From Candidatus Levybacteria bacterium RIFCSPHIGHO2_01_FULL_37_17 (GTDB lineage: Bacteria; Patescibacteriota; Microgenomatia; Levybacterales; UBA12049), in NCBI GenBank assembly GCA_001782035.1, contig MFNL01000001.1, positions 148,078 to 212,077 on the forward strand: a stretch of DNA of 64,000 nucleotides, in the 5' to 3' direction. Position numbers and translations under genes: made by a program. Positions 39,190-47,365 of the stretch are shown piece after piece. A model generated the notes under the pieces. That model was not told the origin of the DNA. It searched no databases and saw only the letters and a program-made list of their open reading frames with translations. The number at the start of each line of letters is the position of its first letter. Positions within the stretch are counted from its first letter, which is position 1.

Positions 39190-41445
39190 TTAATTGCTGT
39201 TAACATTTATAATTATGTTGGCAGGATTTTTTGGTAAAGCTGAAGACAAAAAGGGAATTGGCGGAAAAACAGATATTTCAACGCTTTTCACTTTATCTAA
39301 ATTACTTAAAAGATTTTTTGCTTTTCCAACGTCCATTCCTTTTATGTCTTCAGCAAGAGACTTGGTATCAATTTTAGCAACAGCCTTAATTTCAATCGTA
39401 AGATCTGCAGAAACATCCCTGTTGCGCGCAACGGTTAAGTCTTTAACATTTGTTTTAATACTGCTTTTCATAATTTCTGTTTCTGAATCATTAAAAAGAT
39501 TTTGAACAAAATTTATCATGTCGGAGTTTGAATATGCGATATAGTTAAACGCAACGGCGCCAGTCAATATAAGCTTATTTGATTCATCTCCTTCCTTTTT
39601 ATCGAATTTCTCGCTTAAGAGCTCGGTGTCTATAAACTGAGGTAAAATTGTCATTCCACTTTCAACTTTCTTGCTTAAATCTTGCTCTGCTTTAGTTGTC
39701 AGTTTTTTAGGAAGCTCTGCTCTTGCATTTGCAAAATCTTCTTTTGAAACAACCAGTACATTTTTCTTACTACCTCCTGAGAAAGCGTTGTCATTTTTAG
39801 CGCCAATTGATTTATTTGAACCAATTGTAAATTTAGTATCAGATGGTAAGTTATATTCCGTTCCAATGTCCTCTGCCGTAACATTCGCATTAGTAGTTCC
39901 CGGTTTTGTACCGGAAAAAACATCCCCCGACGCAGAAGCTACAGAAACTCCACTATCTAACAAAAAGTCTAATTCATTTGAAGAGGTTATTATAGTACCC
40001 TTAGCAAGACTAACAGGATCTGTATCGTTGTTGAAAATAGTAACCGTTCCTTTTGCTTTCTCTCCTACATCTTTTTTGCCTTTTACGTCCACCGTTACGG
40101 ATCCTTCCTCTTCAATAGGAACTATTTTTGCTTCTAGTAATTTATCATCGAGGTTGGTAGTTGAGTTAGGAGAAAAAGTTAAGCTTTCGTCTTTTGTTAG
40201 AGTTTGCAAATCAATAGCAAGCTTTACAGTCGCCTTAGTTTGGAATATAAAAACAAAATAAAAAAATATAAAAAGAGCTATTATTCCTAAGCCAATAAAC
40301 AACAATTTTTTATCTTTTATCCCTCCGTTTCTTAAAGATGAAAGTGCTTCTTTAGATAACAAATTTTGAAAAAGGGAAAGTGCAGATTTTGCTTTTTCAA
40401 CCAGTAAAACACCCAGGGTACCGATATTCAGTTTTTTTTCTGTTTTTATTTTTACATCTTCGGGTATTTCTTCACTGACTTCTTTTAAAGCTTCATCATG
40501 CAGGGCACTTTTTTCACTTACTTTGTCCTGTTGTACATCTTTTGCAACGTCGCTTTTACTAAAGCCGAAAAAATCCATAGACCCTTCTTTTCCGACATAA
40601 TCTAAATTTTGTCCTTCTATTCCTTTTTCTTCCGAAACATTCTCGAAACTCTTATTTTGCTCTACTCTTTCTACATCCGATGCATCAAACTCTAATTTTG
40701 CCCCCATTTGTGTAGCTGCCCCAAGTAAAACCGCCTTTATATCGGAATTTGTTGGCAGCATTTGAATTTGAGGAATGTGTAGAAAATTTAAGCTTTTACT
40801 CCACTGATGGTTTATAAATTCCTGAGTTAACTCATCCTCGTCGGAGTTAATTAAGATAATTCTTGCAGGCATAACAGCAGGAGTCTCCAAGTGCTTTAAT
40901 AAAGTCTCAACTGTAAAAGAAGCGCCTTGATGAATTTCGCTTGTTTTTGCTTCCATGACTCTACCGCTTTTTATGTAGTAAGCGGTCAAGTATTTTTTCC
41001 CAACTTCAGCAATTATTGCAGTTACGGGCGCTCCTTCTTCTTTCTGCAGCAAATTTGTTAGGCTCTCGCTAAAAGTTAAAAAACCAATTGGCTCAAGTCC
41101 CAGTTCATCTCCGGCTTTTTTTAGCTTATCCAAATATTCCTTTTTAATTTTTTCATTCTCTATCCAGTTATCCTTAAGAGCAAGAATTGTTTTATATTTA
41201 TCAACCGTACTAGTAAGCGGGATTTCGGCTCCGGAAATAGCTTTATCCAAAACACTCAAAAATTCCTCAAGCGAAGCATTCTCGATGGTGCTTGTAAATT
41301 CTTCTTCGTTTGCGCTTACGTACTTTAGCGTATGTGTGGTTTTCTCAAAAATTACGGCTTTTGCTTTCTCGTTTCTTAAAATAAGAGAAAGATAAAATTC
41401 TTTTTCCTCTTTTTTCCAAAGGTTTGGCAGGCTTGATATTTTCAT
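39190..41445 (-). CDS. Large bitopic membrane protein (~360-aa cytoplasmic N-domain, one TM helix, ~370-aa extracytoplasmic domain), function unknown
   Basis: A single strong TM helix (LLFIGLGIIALFIFFYFVFIF) lies mid-protein. There is a weak resemblance to an actin-like (FtsA/PilM) fold in the N-domain. The gene is in an operon with the sortase and alaS. Confidence 0.5.
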   Translation of the reverse strand: MKISSLPNLWKKEEKEFYLSLILRNEKAKAVIFEKTTHTLKYVSANEEEFTSTIENASLEEFLSVLDKAISGAEIPLTSTVDKYKTILALKDNWIENEKIKKEYLDKLKKAGDELGLEPIGFLTFSESLTNLLQKEEGAPVTAIIAEVGKKYLTAYYIKSGRVMEAKTSEIHQGASFTVETLLKHLETPAVMPARIILINSDEDELTQEFINHQWSKSLNFLHIPQIQMLPTNSDIKAVLLGAATQMGAKLEFDASDVERVEQNKSFENVSEEKGIEGQNLDYVGKEGSMDFFGFSKSDVAKDVQQDKVSEKSALHDEALKEVSEEIPEDVKIKTEKKLNIGTLGVLLVEKAKSALSLFQNLLSKEALSSLRNGGIKDKKLLFIGLGIIALFIFFYFVFIFQTKATVKLAIDLQTLTKDESLTFSPNSTTNLDDKLLEAKIVPIEEEGSVTVDVKGKKDVGEKAKGTVTIFNNDTDPVSLAKGTIITSSNELDFLLDSGVSVASASGDVFSGTKPGTTNANVTAEDIGTEYNLPSDTKFTIGSNKSIGAKNDNAFSGGSKKNVLVVSKEDFANARAELPKKLTTKAEQDLSKKVESGMTILPQFIDTELLSEKFDKKEGDESNKLILTGAVAFNYIAYSNSDMINFVQNLFNDSETEIMKSSIKTNVKDLTVARNRDVSADLTIEIKAVAKIDTKSLAEDIKGMDVGKAKNLLSNLDKVKSVEISVFPPIPFLSSALPKNPANIIINVNSN

Positions 41446-41446
41446 G

Positions 41447-43243
41447 TTAAGTGACTTTGGCGTAAATTCTTTTTTGTCCTTTTCCTAAATTTTCCTGTTT
41501 TATTATTGTAAAACTATTTAGCTTGCCAGTAAAGTCAACATGGGGACCTCCGCAGAATTCGGCCGAGTACGGCCGTGGTGAGCCAGTCGAACCACCACCT
41601 ATAAAATAAACCTTAACTTCTCCTTCGTACTTATCGTCAAACAGTCCGATTGCCCCAATTTCTTTGGCTTTTTGCAAGGGCAGCATTTCAAAAGAAATAG
41701 GTAAGTTTTCTAAAATTTTATCGTTGACTATGTCTTGTACTCTTTTTAACTCGTCTATAGTTAACATTCTATCCAAATTAAAATCAAAGCGTACCCGCTC
41801 GCTTGTAATATTGCTTCCTGTCTGGTGAAGCTCATTACCAAAAACATCTCTTAGCGCTTGGTGCAAAAGGTGGGTTGCGGTATGCCCCTTAATTGTAAGT
41901 TCACTGTGATCTGCCAATCCTCCTTTAAACATTCCACTTGATGCGGTTTTGGATTTTTTGCTGTGCTCCTCCATTAAACCTGCAAACTTTTGCTCATCAA
42001 ATATATATCCGAGGCTTTTTATTTGTGTAGGAGATAGGCCGTGGGTTGAGTACATTTTAAAAGCTTCATCTGCTGAAATTTGCTTAGTCCCATTATCATC
42101 CGCGCCACCGATTATTTTCTCCGCAACATTTATAACATTTTTATAGTTTTCCTGTTCTTGTAAAATTACATTTTTAATTTCTTCAAAGTTTTGGCTTAAG
42201 CTTTTATCTGTTTTGGCACACTCTGCAACAATTGCACTTATTATATTTTCAACATCTGCTTGTCCTGAGCTTGCCGAATGGGCATGTCCTAAGTTATCCA
42301 AAGCGCGCCTTATTAATCTTCTTAAAATATATCCGCGTTCTTTGTTAGAAGGCACAACTTTTCCATCTATTAAATAAACGGCTGCTCGCAAATGGTCGGC
42401 AACAATTCTCATAGAATTTTCATTACCTTTATACTGCTTGCCCGATTCTCTCTCAATCGCTTTTATAATTGGCTCAAACAAGGAAGTTTTAAAAATATCG
42501 CTTTTGTCCTCAACTGCTGCGAGTAACCTTTCCAATCCTCCTCCAAAATCTACATTTTTTTGCGGTAATTCTTTAAAAACGTCCTCAGTTTTTTGGTACT
42601 GAATAAAAACGCTGTTTGCGATTTCCAAAAACTTTCCGCATTCGCAAGTAACCGGGTCTTTTCCTTTGCAGCCCTTGAAATGAGGATTATCAAATTCATA
42701 ATAGACCTCTGTATCAGGGCCGCCAATCTCTCCTACAGGCATATTTGCAGGAACGCCACTTCTGCTCCACCAGTTTTTATCTACTCCTGCCCAAAAAATA
42801 CGCTCTTTTGGCACAATCTTTGACCAAATCTCAAATGATTCATTATCCTTCTCAACTCCTTCTGTCCCTTCAAAAATCGTAATATACAGCCTCTCACTAG
42901 GAATTTTTAATTCCTCGGTGAGAAACTCCCAAAGCCATGGTATTTCTTCTTTTTTAAAGTAGTCTCCCAAGCTCCAGTTTCCAAGCATTCTAAAAAAAGT
43001 TGTATGTCTATTGTCTCCGACTTCATCTATATCAACTGCCCTAAAGCTATTTTGAACATTAACCAGCCTTTTGCCTGCAGGATGGACCTCGCCCAAAAGA
43101 TAGGGGATTAAAGGCTGCATGCCGGAGGATGTAAAAAGGGTAGTTGGGTCATCTATTGGAACAAGAGGGGAATTTGTAATTCTCTTATGCCCTTTCCCCT
43201 CAAAGAATTTTATATATTTTTCGATTATATCTTTCCCAGTCAT
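41447..43243 (-). CDS. alaS: Alanyl-tRNA synthetase (short form: catalytic, tRNA-binding and editing domains, no C-Ala domain)
   Basis: The N-terminal class II motifs (FTSSGMQPLIPY; FFRMLGNWSLGDYFK) and the editing HxxxH/CxxxH region (HTATHLLHQAL … FCGGPHV) are present. The length is 598 aa. Confidence 0.9.
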   Translation of the reverse strand: MTGKDIIEKYIKFFEGKGHKRITNSPLVPIDDPTTLFTSSGMQPLIPYLLGEVHPAGKRLVNVQNSFRAVDIDEVGDNRHTTFFRMLGNWSLGDYFKKEEIPWLWEFLTEELKIPSERLYITIFEGTEGVEKDNESFEIWSKIVPKERIFWAGVDKNWWSRSGVPANMPVGEIGGPDTEVYYEFDNPHFKGCKGKDPVTCECGKFLEIANSVFIQYQKTEDVFKELPQKNVDFGGGLERLLAAVEDKSDIFKTSLFEPIIKAIERESGKQYKGNENSMRIVADHLRAAVYLIDGKVVPSNKERGYILRRLIRRALDNLGHAHSASSGQADVENIISAIVAECAKTDKSLSQNFEEIKNVILQEQENYKNVINVAEKIIGGADDNGTKQISADEAFKMYSTHGLSPTQIKSLGYIFDEQKFAGLMEEHSKKSKTASSGMFKGGLADHSELTIKGHTATHLLHQALRDVFGNELHQTGSNITSERVRFDFNLDRMLTIDELKRVQDIVNDKILENLPISFEMLPLQKAKEIGAIGLFDDKYEGEVKVYFIGGGSTGSPRPYSAEFCGGPHVDFTGKLNSFTIIKQENLGKGQKRIYAKVT

Positions 43244-43367
43244 ATAGCTTCAATTATACACTGTTATTTCCGCCTTGTCCCTCGAAGTTGAAACGAAGTG
43301 GGAAGTTTTGCACGAACGTAGGAGGATCAGTTTTCGGTCTCATCTTTAAAAGCCTAACTCAAAGCAG

Positions 43368-43428
43368 TATAATTTGACTTCGGGATTTTTACTTAGGATT
43401 TTGTTTGGAAATTTTGGTTGGAGTTTCA
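43368..43428 (+). repeat. Repeat copy A (~60 nt; ATAATTTGACTTCGGGATTTTTACTTAGGATTTTG…ATTTTGGTTGGAGTTTC)
   Basis: It is about 85% identical to copy C at 46957..47018 in the same orientation, and a degenerate short copy B lies at 46273..46304. Confidence 0.75.
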
Positions 43429-43477
43429 AGTGGTAAATGATTATTCTCCCGCTCAAATTTGATCTTAGTCCCATAGT

Positions 43478-43506
43478 TTGATATTTTACCCCTTTTTTAG
43501 TATAAT
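43478..43506 (+). promoter_or_regulatory. Promoter TTGATA-N17-TATAAT placed 8 nt before the ATG of the 911-aa gene (leaderless-type)
   Basis: Read directly from the sequence. Confidence 0.55.
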
Positions 43507-43514
43507 TCTCCCTT

Positions 43515-46250
43515 ATGACACTTGAAAGATTTGAACGTAGAGCGCGGCCTAAGCCAAGCCACATCCGTGGTTTAAATTCATTATTTGAGTTTAACAAGAC
43601 TAGACAAGGGTTAAATTTGGATCAGGGCGTTTTCGAAGGCAAAAATAAAGTCAGACCAATTGTTAGAGGGCAAATACAAGAAGTAGATTCAAATCCTTCC
43701 AAAACTCTTAAATCAAATCCTGTATATAGATGGATAAGAAGAGACGCTTCGCAATTTGAAGCTATAGCTTTAAGGGATCAGGACGTTAAAAAGGGTCTTG
43801 CAACTATTGATGATTTAGTCGATAGACTTTCTAATAATACCTTGGAAGAGGAAGAAAAAAGACTAAATACACTGGCTGTAGCAGAAAAAACAGAGGAGGT
43901 AGCAATTCTTGCCGCTCCATATGTACCCCGCTCCCAAAAGAAAAATCCTGAGAGTCAAGACGATGAAAACGGTGAGTCTTCAAATAAACAAAAGCGAGAA
44001 AAAGAAAAAGCTCCTAAGCCAAAGAGTAAAGGAAGTAGCGTAAGCTTAAGCTTAGACTTAAAACTTCCAAGAATTCCTCAACTCGATAAATTATTTGAAT
44101 CACTTTCAAAGTTTTTCGCCGGCTTTAAAAACAGACTTAGAACATCAAACAATGGGGACCTTTTGCATCCTCTATTAACTAGATTTCAGGAAGCTGGAAG
44201 AGAAAGAAAATGGAAATTACTACCTAACAGCATTGAACTAATGAGAACTAATAAAGAACTAATGAGAAACTTAACTCCCGCTGGCTTTATCATTACAAAA
44301 ATTATGAATAAATATGACGAGAATACAGGTGAGTTAACAGTTGATGCCCCAAGACAAGTGGACATTCCATTGGGATACGATAGTAGATATGAAATTGGAA
44401 CTCCTCTTGGAAGAGTAGATCCGGCAAAGGTTGAGGTTATTGGAATACCTATTCCTACTGATGGTAATTATAGAGCTGTTGGAGCAAGAGGATTTAAATA
44501 TAATTTATCAGAAGTAGCCCTTGTTACAGAAAAAAATAAAGAGATAGTTGGCCAACGTCAAATTGAAATTTACGTAGAAAAAGACGAACTAGGAAACCTG
44601 GTTATAAACTTAAAAGGCATGCCAAAAGATTTGCAGGATGAAATAAAGAAGGCAAATATAGTTTTGAAGACCAAATACACTGAGTCATACCGCTATGGAC
44701 ACTCCATAGAACAAGCTAACTGGATAGATGCGCTGCCTGAAAACGAAAGGTACAGACTAAATATGTATCCCCCTGAAATTGCTAAATTCGTGACAACTCT
44801 TCTTGAGAAAAAGAAAAATAAAATTCGTGGCTTTATGGACAACGATGAAATATTTGCAAGATTAGCTCAATTTCTTGGAGACTATTGGTTAACATATGAT
44901 CTTTTGGACGCAAGAATAAACGAAAACGAACCCATTGGCTTTAGGCAAACAGAAAGAGTTTTAAACGGCAACCTAGCATCTTGCGAAGGTTCAAATATAG
45001 CACTTGGACAACTGATGAGATACTTCTTAGAAGAAGATGAAGGTATTGCTTATGTGGAAGGATTTGTAGCAGAAGGTTCCTCTATTACATCCAGAAACTT
45101 ACACTTAAAAGTACTGTATAAAGATCAGGTTGGAGGAAAACACCTTTTTGATGCAACTCCTTGGGCGGAAGAGGATCATGTTATGTTTAATGTTCTTTCT
45201 AGAAGAAGGAAATTAGCTGCGCAAGAATGGTATTCAAAGAGTCGAAGACTGCGAGAAGGAGAATTATTAAAACTAAGAGATGAATTGCCAAACAGAATCG
45301 GAAAAGTTTCAGAACGAATAAGAACTTCTTGGCAGGATACATCAGATTTGCCCCGGACTTTAACGCAAAGGATGCAAAGAGAACATCTGTATCTAAGCTC
45401 TATGAACGCAGATCAACCCGATGAAAATCAATTAATTGCAGAAACTATAGTCTGGCGAAAAAGATGGTTTAAGAGTGACTATCATACGATTCCAAAAGAG
45501 CTAGGCTACTTTTTTAGAGAACAATATAATGTAGAGCGCTATGGACAACTATGGAGATTTCCACATGGTGTTATCGATGGAAAAATCGATTTCGACATAA
45601 AATTTTTAAAAGGTAAGTTTTATTCTGAGTCTAATGAGACTTCCTTTAACTTATTTAAATATCTTGATCAAACCGCAACCCACCCTATACTTAGCGACTT
45701 AGAGCGGCAACAAAGAATTTTTAGACTTATGACCAATGTGAGTGAACAGGCTTTAATTGCATCCAATCAAAATGTAGAAACGCTTAATTTGGTGGCACAG
45801 CAGGTTGAAAATTTATCTGCATACTACCGGGAAAGATTTATTAAAATTTTTGAAAGCGTTCGTGGATCGCTAAATGTTGAGCCACAAACTTTTTTTGACT
45901 CATTCCCTTTCTTGCTTTTACTGGGAAATCCATACAATAGCTTACAAGATTTATTAACTAGATCACTTGATCCAGACACCCTAGGCTTTCTTGTTACATC
46001 AGATGGTAAGAGTCTTAAAGAAAATATTGATAGGAAACTTTACTCGTGGAAACATATTGCAGAAATGAGGTTAGAGCATTATCAAGACTCAATTAAAAGA
46101 GTCCCAAAAACAACAGGCAGAGAAAGGGTAGTTGTATCGAGTACTTACTTATGGGAAAAATTAATTTCAGAATCTCCAATTATAAAGAAGAGGGATAAAA
46201 AATATTTGGAACCTGAGGAAACTTTTTTTCACCTTCTCCAAGCAGATTAA
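43515..46250 (+). CDS. Large hypothetical cytoplasmic protein (911 aa) with a possible central transglutaminase-like Cys-His-Asp core
   Basis: The ORF is long and uninterrupted. It contains a candidate triad (LASCEGSNIALGQLMRYF … NLHLKVLY … GGKHLFDATPW) resembling the TGase-like GxCxxFA…HAWxEVY…FDPT pattern. It has a low-complexity K/E-rich N-terminal region and no TM segment. Confidence 0.55.
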   Translation: MTLERFERRARPKPSHIRGLNSLFEFNKTRQGLNLDQGVFEGKNKVRPIVRGQIQEVDSNPSKTLKSNPVYRWIRRDASQFEAIALRDQDVKKGLATIDDLVDRLSNNTLEEEEKRLNTLAVAEKTEEVAILAAPYVPRSQKKNPESQDDENGESSNKQKREKEKAPKPKSKGSSVSLSLDLKLPRIPQLDKLFESLSKFFAGFKNRLRTSNNGDLLHPLLTRFQEAGRERKWKLLPNSIELMRTNKELMRNLTPAGFIITKIMNKYDENTGELTVDAPRQVDIPLGYDSRYEIGTPLGRVDPAKVEVIGIPIPTDGNYRAVGARGFKYNLSEVALVTEKNKEIVGQRQIEIYVEKDELGNLVINLKGMPKDLQDEIKKANIVLKTKYTESYRYGHSIEQANWIDALPENERYRLNMYPPEIAKFVTTLLEKKKNKIRGFMDNDEIFARLAQFLGDYWLTYDLLDARINENEPIGFRQTERVLNGNLASCEGSNIALGQLMRYFLEEDEGIAYVEGFVAEGSSITSRNLHLKVLYKDQVGGKHLFDATPWAEEDHVMFNVLSRRRKLAAQEWYSKSRRLREGELLKLRDELPNRIGKVSERIRTSWQDTSDLPRTLTQRMQREHLYLSSMNADQPDENQLIAETIVWRKRWFKSDYHTIPKELGYFFREQYNVERYGQLWRFPHGVIDGKIDFDIKFLKGKFYSESNETSFNLFKYLDQTATHPILSDLERQQRIFRLMTNVSEQALIASNQNVETLNLVAQQVENLSAYYRERFIKIFESVRGSLNVEPQTFFDSFPFLLLLGNPYNSLQDLLTRSLDPDTLGFLVTSDGKSLKENIDRKLYSWKHIAEMRLEHYQDSIKRVPKTTGRERVVVSSTYLWEKLISESPIIKKRDKKYLEPEETFFHLLQAD

Positions 46251-46272
46251 AGCCTCTTATTTCTTTAATGCA

Positions 46273-46304
46273 ACAATTTGACTTTGGGGTTTTAGGATTA
46301 GCTC
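46273..46304 (+). repeat. Degenerate short copy B of repeat A/C (CAATTTGACTTTGGGGTTTTAGGATTAGCTCA)
   Basis: It shares the AATTTGACTTYGGGRTTTT…AGGATT core, with a 5-nt deletion relative to A and C. Confidence 0.5.
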
Positions 46305-46305
46305 A

Positions 46306-46506
46306 TTAGTGGTGTTTGAAGCTTTGTTTTCCGGTCTTTTGTATCAGTACACGTTCTACTCCCATTTTTGCTTTACTGGTTCCTGCTTTTTGCTGATTCC
46401 AGTTTTTAGCTTTTGATTTATCCTTTTTCTTTTTTGCGCCAAGCTCAAAAGGAATATTTGGTTTATAGTTAAAATCGTGTTCTATCATTGGAGTGGAATA
46501 TATCAC
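46306..46506 (-). CDS. Hypothetical small basic protein (66 aa)
   Basis: This ORF-only call lies between repeat B and the ArsR gene. It is Lys-rich and has no recognisable family. Confidence 0.25.
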   Translation of the reverse strand: MIYSTPMIEHDFNYKPNIPFELGAKKKKDKSKAKNWNQQKAGTSKAKMGVERVLIQKTGKQSFKHH

Positions 46507-46602
46507 ACTACATTACAAATCTCAATTTCATTAACCTTGTTAAACAACCGCCAAATTTTTACCAGCATAGCTCCCAACCAAAACCCTCAACACAAACCAC
46601 CC

Positions 46603-46635
46603 TTAAATACTGGAGTTTTTAAGGATAGTTTGATA
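46603..46635 (+). repeat. Direct repeat DR1a (AAATACTGGAGTTTTTAAGGATAG…)
   Basis: It matches DR1b at 46933..46960 at 25/26 positions. The two copies flank the ArsR-family gene. Confidence 0.7.
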
Positions 46636-46646
46636 TAAATTAACTA

Positions 46647-46934
46647 ATGGGAAAATTAAAGACTGCAAAGCAGATGGAGCGACACTTAAAGGGAATTTCT
46701 AACCACTACCGAATAGAAATCTTACTACTTATCGACAACAACAAAGACATAGCATTGGACGGGATAATTTTAAAGCTTAAGGCAAACGAGAAAACTATTG
46801 GTGAACACACAAGAAGACTCTACGCCGCAGGATTAATTAATAAGAAATACCAAGGAAACTTTGTTTTGCACAGCCTATCTCCATATGGCAAGAAGTTCGT
46901 CAACTTTTTAAAAGCTTTTCAAAAGACAGACTGA
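46647..46934 (+). CDS. ArsR/SmtB-family winged-helix transcriptional regulator
   Basis: It carries the ArsR pattern HYRIEILLLIDNNKDIALDGIILKLKANEKTIGEHTRRLYAAGLINKKYQGNFVLHSL in a protein of 95 aa. Confidence 0.7.
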   Translation: MGKLKTAKQMERHLKGISNHYRIEILLLIDNNKDIALDGIILKLKANEKTIGEHTRRLYAAGLINKKYQGNFVLHSLSPYGKKFVNFLKAFQKTD

Positions 46935-46960
46935 AATACTGGAGTATTTAAGGATAGATA
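46933..46960 (+). repeat. Direct repeat DR1b (GAAATACTGGAGTATTTAAGGATAGATA), abutting repeat C
   Basis: See DR1a. It lies immediately 5' of repeat copy C. Confidence 0.7.
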
Positions 46961-47018
46961 ATTTGACTTCGGGTTTTTTTACTTAGGATTTTGCTCGGAG
47001 ATTTTGGTTCGAAGTCCT
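46957..47018 (+). repeat. Repeat copy C (~60 nt), direct repeat of copy A
   Basis: The sequence is GATAATTTGACTTCGGGTTTTTTTACTTAGGATTTTGCTCGGAGATTTTGGTTCGAAGTCC. Confidence 0.75.
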
Positions 47019-47320
47019 TCTGCTAACTTACTATAAAACTCTTGCCTGTCCCACGCTTGTGGCACGCCCCCCGGTGCATGGCCTAGCCCCCAGCTAATAT
47101 GCTCTGCTGTTAAAGCATTCTCTCCTGCAGAAAGCGCTTCTTCATGTAATAAATTTTCCGCCCGAGCTAAGTCTCCTGCTTTTAAATCTTTTAGGGCTCT
47201 TCGAATACTTAATTTCTTTAAAGGGCCTGCGCTTTTTCGCAGGTGAATTAATTCTTCCATCGCCCTTTGCTCGATAGGTTTTTCTTCAATTTGAACTTCT
47301 TTTCCGCTTTCCACACCCAA
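46979..47320 (-). CDS. Hypothetical protein (113 aa) with slightly higher GC than its surroundings; contains an R-x5-H (RAENLLH) motif
   Basis: The ORF runs divergent from the PEBP gene, and its last 13 codons are read through repeat copy C. No family was recognised, and the HEPN-like motif is not diagnostic. Confidence 0.35.
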   Translation of the reverse strand: MGVESGKEVQIEEKPIEQRAMEELIHLRKSAGPLKKLSIRRALKDLKAGDLARAENLLHEEALSAGENALTAEHISWGLGHAPGGVPQAWDRQEFYSKLAEGLRTKISEQNPK

Positions 47321-47365
47321 ATTATATCAAATTCAGGCTTTTGCGTTATAATATTGCATTAGCAA

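Noticed and set aside
43346-43597. Minus-strand 83-aa ORF spanning repeat copy A, and the homologous reading through copy C
   Set aside because: The two repeat copies are read in different frames because of a 1-nt indel, so the repeat is non-coding. The ORF also overlaps the promoter and start of the 911-aa gene.
46995-47020. tRNA-like T-arm sequence GGTTCGAAGTCC in repeat C
   Set aside because: No acceptor, D or anticodon stems can be built around it on either strand. It is probably only a fragment, at most an att-site remnant.
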